Both the position numbers and the translations under genes were made by a program. Under the pieces are notes generated by a model that saw nothing but the letters and a program-made list of their open reading frames with translations, made no database searches and was not told the origin of the DNA. From the human T2T-CHM13v2.0 reference genome, Homo sapiens, in assembly GCF_009914755.1 (NCBI RefSeq), contig NC_060935.1: 64,000 nt of DNA. One strand, given 5' to 3'. The first letter of the stretch is position 1; each line of letters starts with the position of its first letter. Shown here one piece after another: positions 57,836 through 64,000 of this stretch.

Positions 57836-57888
57836 AACCTGAGCCAGCAGAAGAGTACACTGAGCAAAGTGAAGTTGAATCAACAGAG
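57836..57888 (+). CDS. CAPRIN1: CAPRIN1 exon 8 (EPEPAEEYTEQSEVESTE)
   Basis: ctcttag|AA CCT ... GAG|gtatga; 53 nt. Confidence 0.96.
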
Positions 57889-57965
57889 GTATGATTTTAA
57901 TTTAATGCTGCCTTTACTTTGCTGCCTTTCAAACAAATGTCTCAAACATTTACTTTGCTTTGCAG

Positions 57966-58052
57966 TATGTAAATAGACAGTTCATGGCAGAAACACAGTT
58001 CACCAGTGGTGAAAAGGAGCAGGTAGATGAGTGGACAGTTGAAACGGTTGAG
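57966..58052 (+). CDS. CAPRIN1: CAPRIN1 exon 9 (YVNRQFMAETQF...TVETVE)
   Basis: tttgcag|TAT ... GAG|gtaaga; 87 nt. Confidence 0.97.
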
Positions 58053-58796
58053 GTAAGAGTTCTCTGTATTGCAAAGTTGTTGTCTTTGTCTTCAGTTAGT
58101 AATTTTTATCTCTACTGAGAACAAATTAAGATTGTTTTTTGCATTATTAGTACATTTATTATAATAACAGACTCATTACACCAGACTGTTACTTCCAAAA
58201 AATGAATGTTTATCCCTGTGGATGTTTAATAGGATCCCTGCTTTGCTGAACCAATCTAAAAAAATTATTTTATACAAAGTTATCTGTGGATTAATCTGTT
58301 ACCATGATTTGTCTCTTACTGAAATTAGGTTGCTCTGTAAAAATCTGGGCTCCCACACTGATAGCTGTGTTTTGGGGTATCATCTTGCACTCCTCCTTTA
58401 CCCTAATGCTGTTTGGTCACCAGGCTGTAGACTTCCTCTAGCGTTTTCTAATGCTGTCTCTCAACTGATAATGATGATTTTTTTCGGGTCCTCATGTCTA
58501 GTTCAGTGACTCTCTTCATATTACTCCTCTCTGACTGCCTCCAGACCATCCTATTCATTGTCACAACTTAATTATTGGAAAAGTTAGCTTTAAGTTACTT
58601 GTACTTGAGGCTCTCAGTGATGCCTTGTTACCTGTAAGATACAGTCTAAAAACCTTACCAACTGGTCCTGGCCTTCCTTTTGATCTTCTTTTAGATGTCT
58701 TTCTTTACACCCCCAAGGTGCAGGAAAATAGCTGTAAGCTGAGGGTAATATGCTTTTCCTTTTAATATGTTATTCTTATATCAAGACCAGTCTCTT

Positions 58797-60840
<2,044 letters not shown>

Positions 60841-61074
60841 TAAATCAACATGAAGTGCTACATAGTGGTCTTATGGAACTGAAACACTGTAGAAGTGATG
60901 ACATTTTTCAGAATGTTAAATTTGGCATAAATGTAATTCATTTGGGTAACTGCATTAAAGCCCGTTCTGTTTATAGTATAGATGGTTTATGTAGTGTGGG
61001 GGACCCATCATGGTGGTAGTGAGTGGAGCTTTTTTGCTCTCCTATTCCTTCTAATCCTTTTTTTTCTACCTTAG

Positions 61075-61230
61075 GTGGTAAATTCACTCCAGCAGCAACC
61101 TCAGGCTGCATCCCCTTCAGTACCAGAGCCCCACTCTTTGACTCCAGTGGCTCAGGCAGATCCCCTTGTGAGAAGACAGCGAGTACAAGACCTTATGGCA
61201 CAAATGCAGGGTCCCTATAATTTCATACAG
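61075..61230 (+). CDS. CAPRIN1: CAPRIN1 exon 10 (VVNSLQQQPQ...QGPYNFIQ), contains first half of the G3BP1-binding motif
   Basis: ctaccttag|GTG ... CAG|gtatgt; 156 nt. Confidence 0.97.
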
Positions 61231-61315
61231 GTATGTTCATTTTAGTCAAACTCTGTAACAGAAAGTTTAAGTGTTTATATTATTTGACTTTATTCTATCC
61301 TAACTTAACCTGTAG

Positions 61316-61424
61316 GATTCAATGCTGGATTTTGAAAATCAGACACTTGATCCTGCCATTGTATCTGCACAGCCTATGAATCCAACACAAAACATGGACA
61401 TGCCCCAGCTGGTTTGCCCTCCAG
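61316..61424 (+). CDS. CAPRIN1: CAPRIN1 exon 11 (DSMLDFENQ...QLVCPP); gene continues beyond window
   Basis: cctgtag|GAT ... CCA G|gttagt; 109 nt. Confidence 0.96.
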
Positions 61425-62319
61425 GTTAGTAGTGGTACATTTTTATGTGAGAGAGAAATATAAGGCCAGTACTTTCAGGTTTTAAAAAGATTGTGAAAAT
61501 AAATTTTGTTTATTTTAATGACTGTTTAATTTTGACTCTTAGGTCTTTTAATTTGATAGAAAGAATGTTATTGTTCCTATGATTTGAATTAAAAATGTAG
61601 TTTATAACTGTTTATTTTTAAACTTTTCATTGGCATGTAGATATAGAAAAATATACGCAAGTTTAATGAGTTTTTATAAACTGAAAACACCTGCAGCTAG
61701 ATTAAGAAATGAAACATTACCAGTACCCCAGAAACCTACGTTGTTTCCTTTCAATCACTAGTTACCCTCACCCCTAGCGATAGCAACCACTTCCGTACTT
61801 GTAACTGTAATAGACCAGTTTTGTCTGTTTTTGTAACTTTAACAAGTGAAATTTTGCTTGGCTTTTAAAATTTCAAAATTAATCTAGGAGTAAAAATAAT
61901 AGAGGTGCCTTTTTTTGAATGCTTTTAGCTTTCTAGGAGAATTTCTGGATTTTATTACCTTAAAAAAATACACAGCAATGAAGTGGGTAAGGGAATATGT
62001 AAGAGGCAAAGGGAAGAGAGAAACCACAAGACAGTTTCAGACTCTTTCTGGACTTACACCATTATTTGAAGTAGTAGCACTAAATACAGTTGGTGCCTTC
62101 CATTGGGTTAAGTGGACCTTCTCTCCAGGACTATTAGTGATTGTGAGTCATCTTGGTTTTTCCCAGAACACATCAGTTTTAGTTGCACAAAAGTGGAACT
62201 AAATAAAATAACCTATTTAATGTTGCATGATGTTAAATATCATAAAATAAATTGCTGAGTAAAAGTATGTTTAATGACAGTTAATTTGGTGTAAGGTAGT
62301 TAGGATTTTTCTGAAGTAA

Positions 62320-62643
<324 letters not shown>

Positions 62644-63009
62644 TCTCACATTTCTATCAAGAGTTTTAGAAAACAGATCAAAGGTGACACCTACAAGAGA
62701 GCAATCATGGTTTTTAGTGTTCATTTTCTGAGCTCTACCAAAGGAAGAGAGTAAGTCGTTTTCTCAGCTGGGGAGTTGTGTGAAAGTCAGTATACATAGC
62801 ACTGATAAAACCTGTAAGGCTATTTAGTTATTTACATAATGCTGAGTCCATTAGACTCTCCAGTGAAAATGGGTACTTTCTAAATGACTAACCAAAGATC
62901 GTCGTTTTGATTATCTGTTTAATCATTGTTGGGAAGGGAGGTGAGAGAGTGATGGGAATTGTTAAGAAGATGCATGCTGAGTTGAATATAGGCTGTTAAA
63001 AAGTATATA

Positions 63010-63700
63010 TTATTTATTTGTTTATTTAGAGACGCAGTCTCGCTCTATCGCCAGGCTGGAGTGCAGTGGCGCATTCTTGGCTCGGCACGCTGCAACCCCT
63101 GCCTCCCGGGTTCAAGGGATTCTCCTGCCTCAGCCTCCCCAGTAGCTGAAAGTACAGGCACACACCACACTACACCCAGCTAATTTTTGTATTTTAAGTA
63201 GAGATGGGGTTTCACCATGTTGGCCAGGATGGTGTCAATCTCTTGACCTCGTGATCCACCCGCCTCGGCCTCCCAAAGTGCTGGGATTACAAGCATGAGC
63301 CACTGTGCCTGGCCGAAAAGTACATATTTTAAATTTTCTTTTTCTCTAGAAACACTTGAAATTGAAAGTTGGTTATGTTAACATATATTGAGCCGGGTAT
63401 GGTAGCTCATGCCTGTAATCTCAGTGCTTTGGGAGGCTGAGGAGGGAGGATCACTTGAGCCCAGGAGTTTGAGACCAGCCTGAGCAACATAGACCTCGCC
63501 TCTACAAAAAAATTAAAAATTAGTCAAATAAAAAAGTTAGCTTGGCAGGGTGGCATGCATCTATAGTCCCAGCTACTCAAGAAGCCAAGGTGGGAGGATT
63601 TCTTGAGCCCAGAGTTTGAGACTACAGTTAGCTATGATGGCGCCACTGCACTCCAGCCTGGGCAACACAGTGAGACCCTGTTTCAGAAGAAACAAAAGGT
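63010..63700. mobile_element. Head-to-head Alus 63010-63314(-) and AluJ 63391-63700(+)
   Basis: Alu consensus. Confidence 0.9.
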
Positions 63701-64000
63701 CAAAATGGAATACTATCTGTCTGAGGTCTAGAGTATGAATAATGCCACTTTATTGTACAGCTTTAAAAGTCTTTTTTCATGGCACTGATTATTTGTTAGT
63801 GCATTCTATTAACATTTTACTTTACTTTTGGAAAAAACAAGATGAAACCAATTGTGAAAGTAAACTATTAAATAATAACCACTGCCGGTAAACCAAAATG
63901 CTCACTTGAAAGCTAAAATTTTATCTGCATTTCCCAATTTACTTTCATGATTGCTAAAAAGTTTATTTATGGTTTGGCTATAGAAATTTACCTTTAATTG

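Noticed and set aside
61023-61220. 65-aa alternative-frame ORF over exon 10
   Set aside because: Starts in the intron at a non-ATG codon; shadow frame of a real exon

Overview
Human-type (primate, Alu-dense) genomic DNA containing the promoter and the first 11 exons of CAPRIN1 (cell cycle associated protein 1 / RNG105, a stress-granule RNA-binding protein) on the + strand. It is recognised from the peptide MPSATSHSGSGSKSSG...; the locus is known to lie at 11p13. Non-coding exon 1 ends at 26899, the ATG is at 27451, and coding exons 2-11 (27451-61424) join in frame with GT-AG boundaries, giving c.1-1231 (about residues 1-410). The rest of the gene lies beyond the window. Bases 1-26400 are intergenic and consist mostly of nested transposon fossils (MER63, MER21, MLT2, MST, L1, L2, many Alus) plus a 0.9-kb palindromic TA-rich repeat. 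Almost all ORF-track entries are Alu, simple-repeat or CpG-island artefacts. I find no evidence of a wholly new gene system. The most interesting unexplained signals are in the splicing architecture: an in-frame stop-first alternative acceptor in intron 3, four exon doublets split by stop-containing mini-introns, a re-splice donor at the start of exon 3, an L1-derived branch point for exon 8, and inverted Alus that predict circRNAs with a closed ORF. Also notable are a second promoter-like cluster in intron 2, an ARE-bearing CpG-retaining MER5 element upstream, a 31-nt templated insertion, and a young AluYa-type insertion. Repeat family names come from recalled consensus sequences and their boundaries are approximate.
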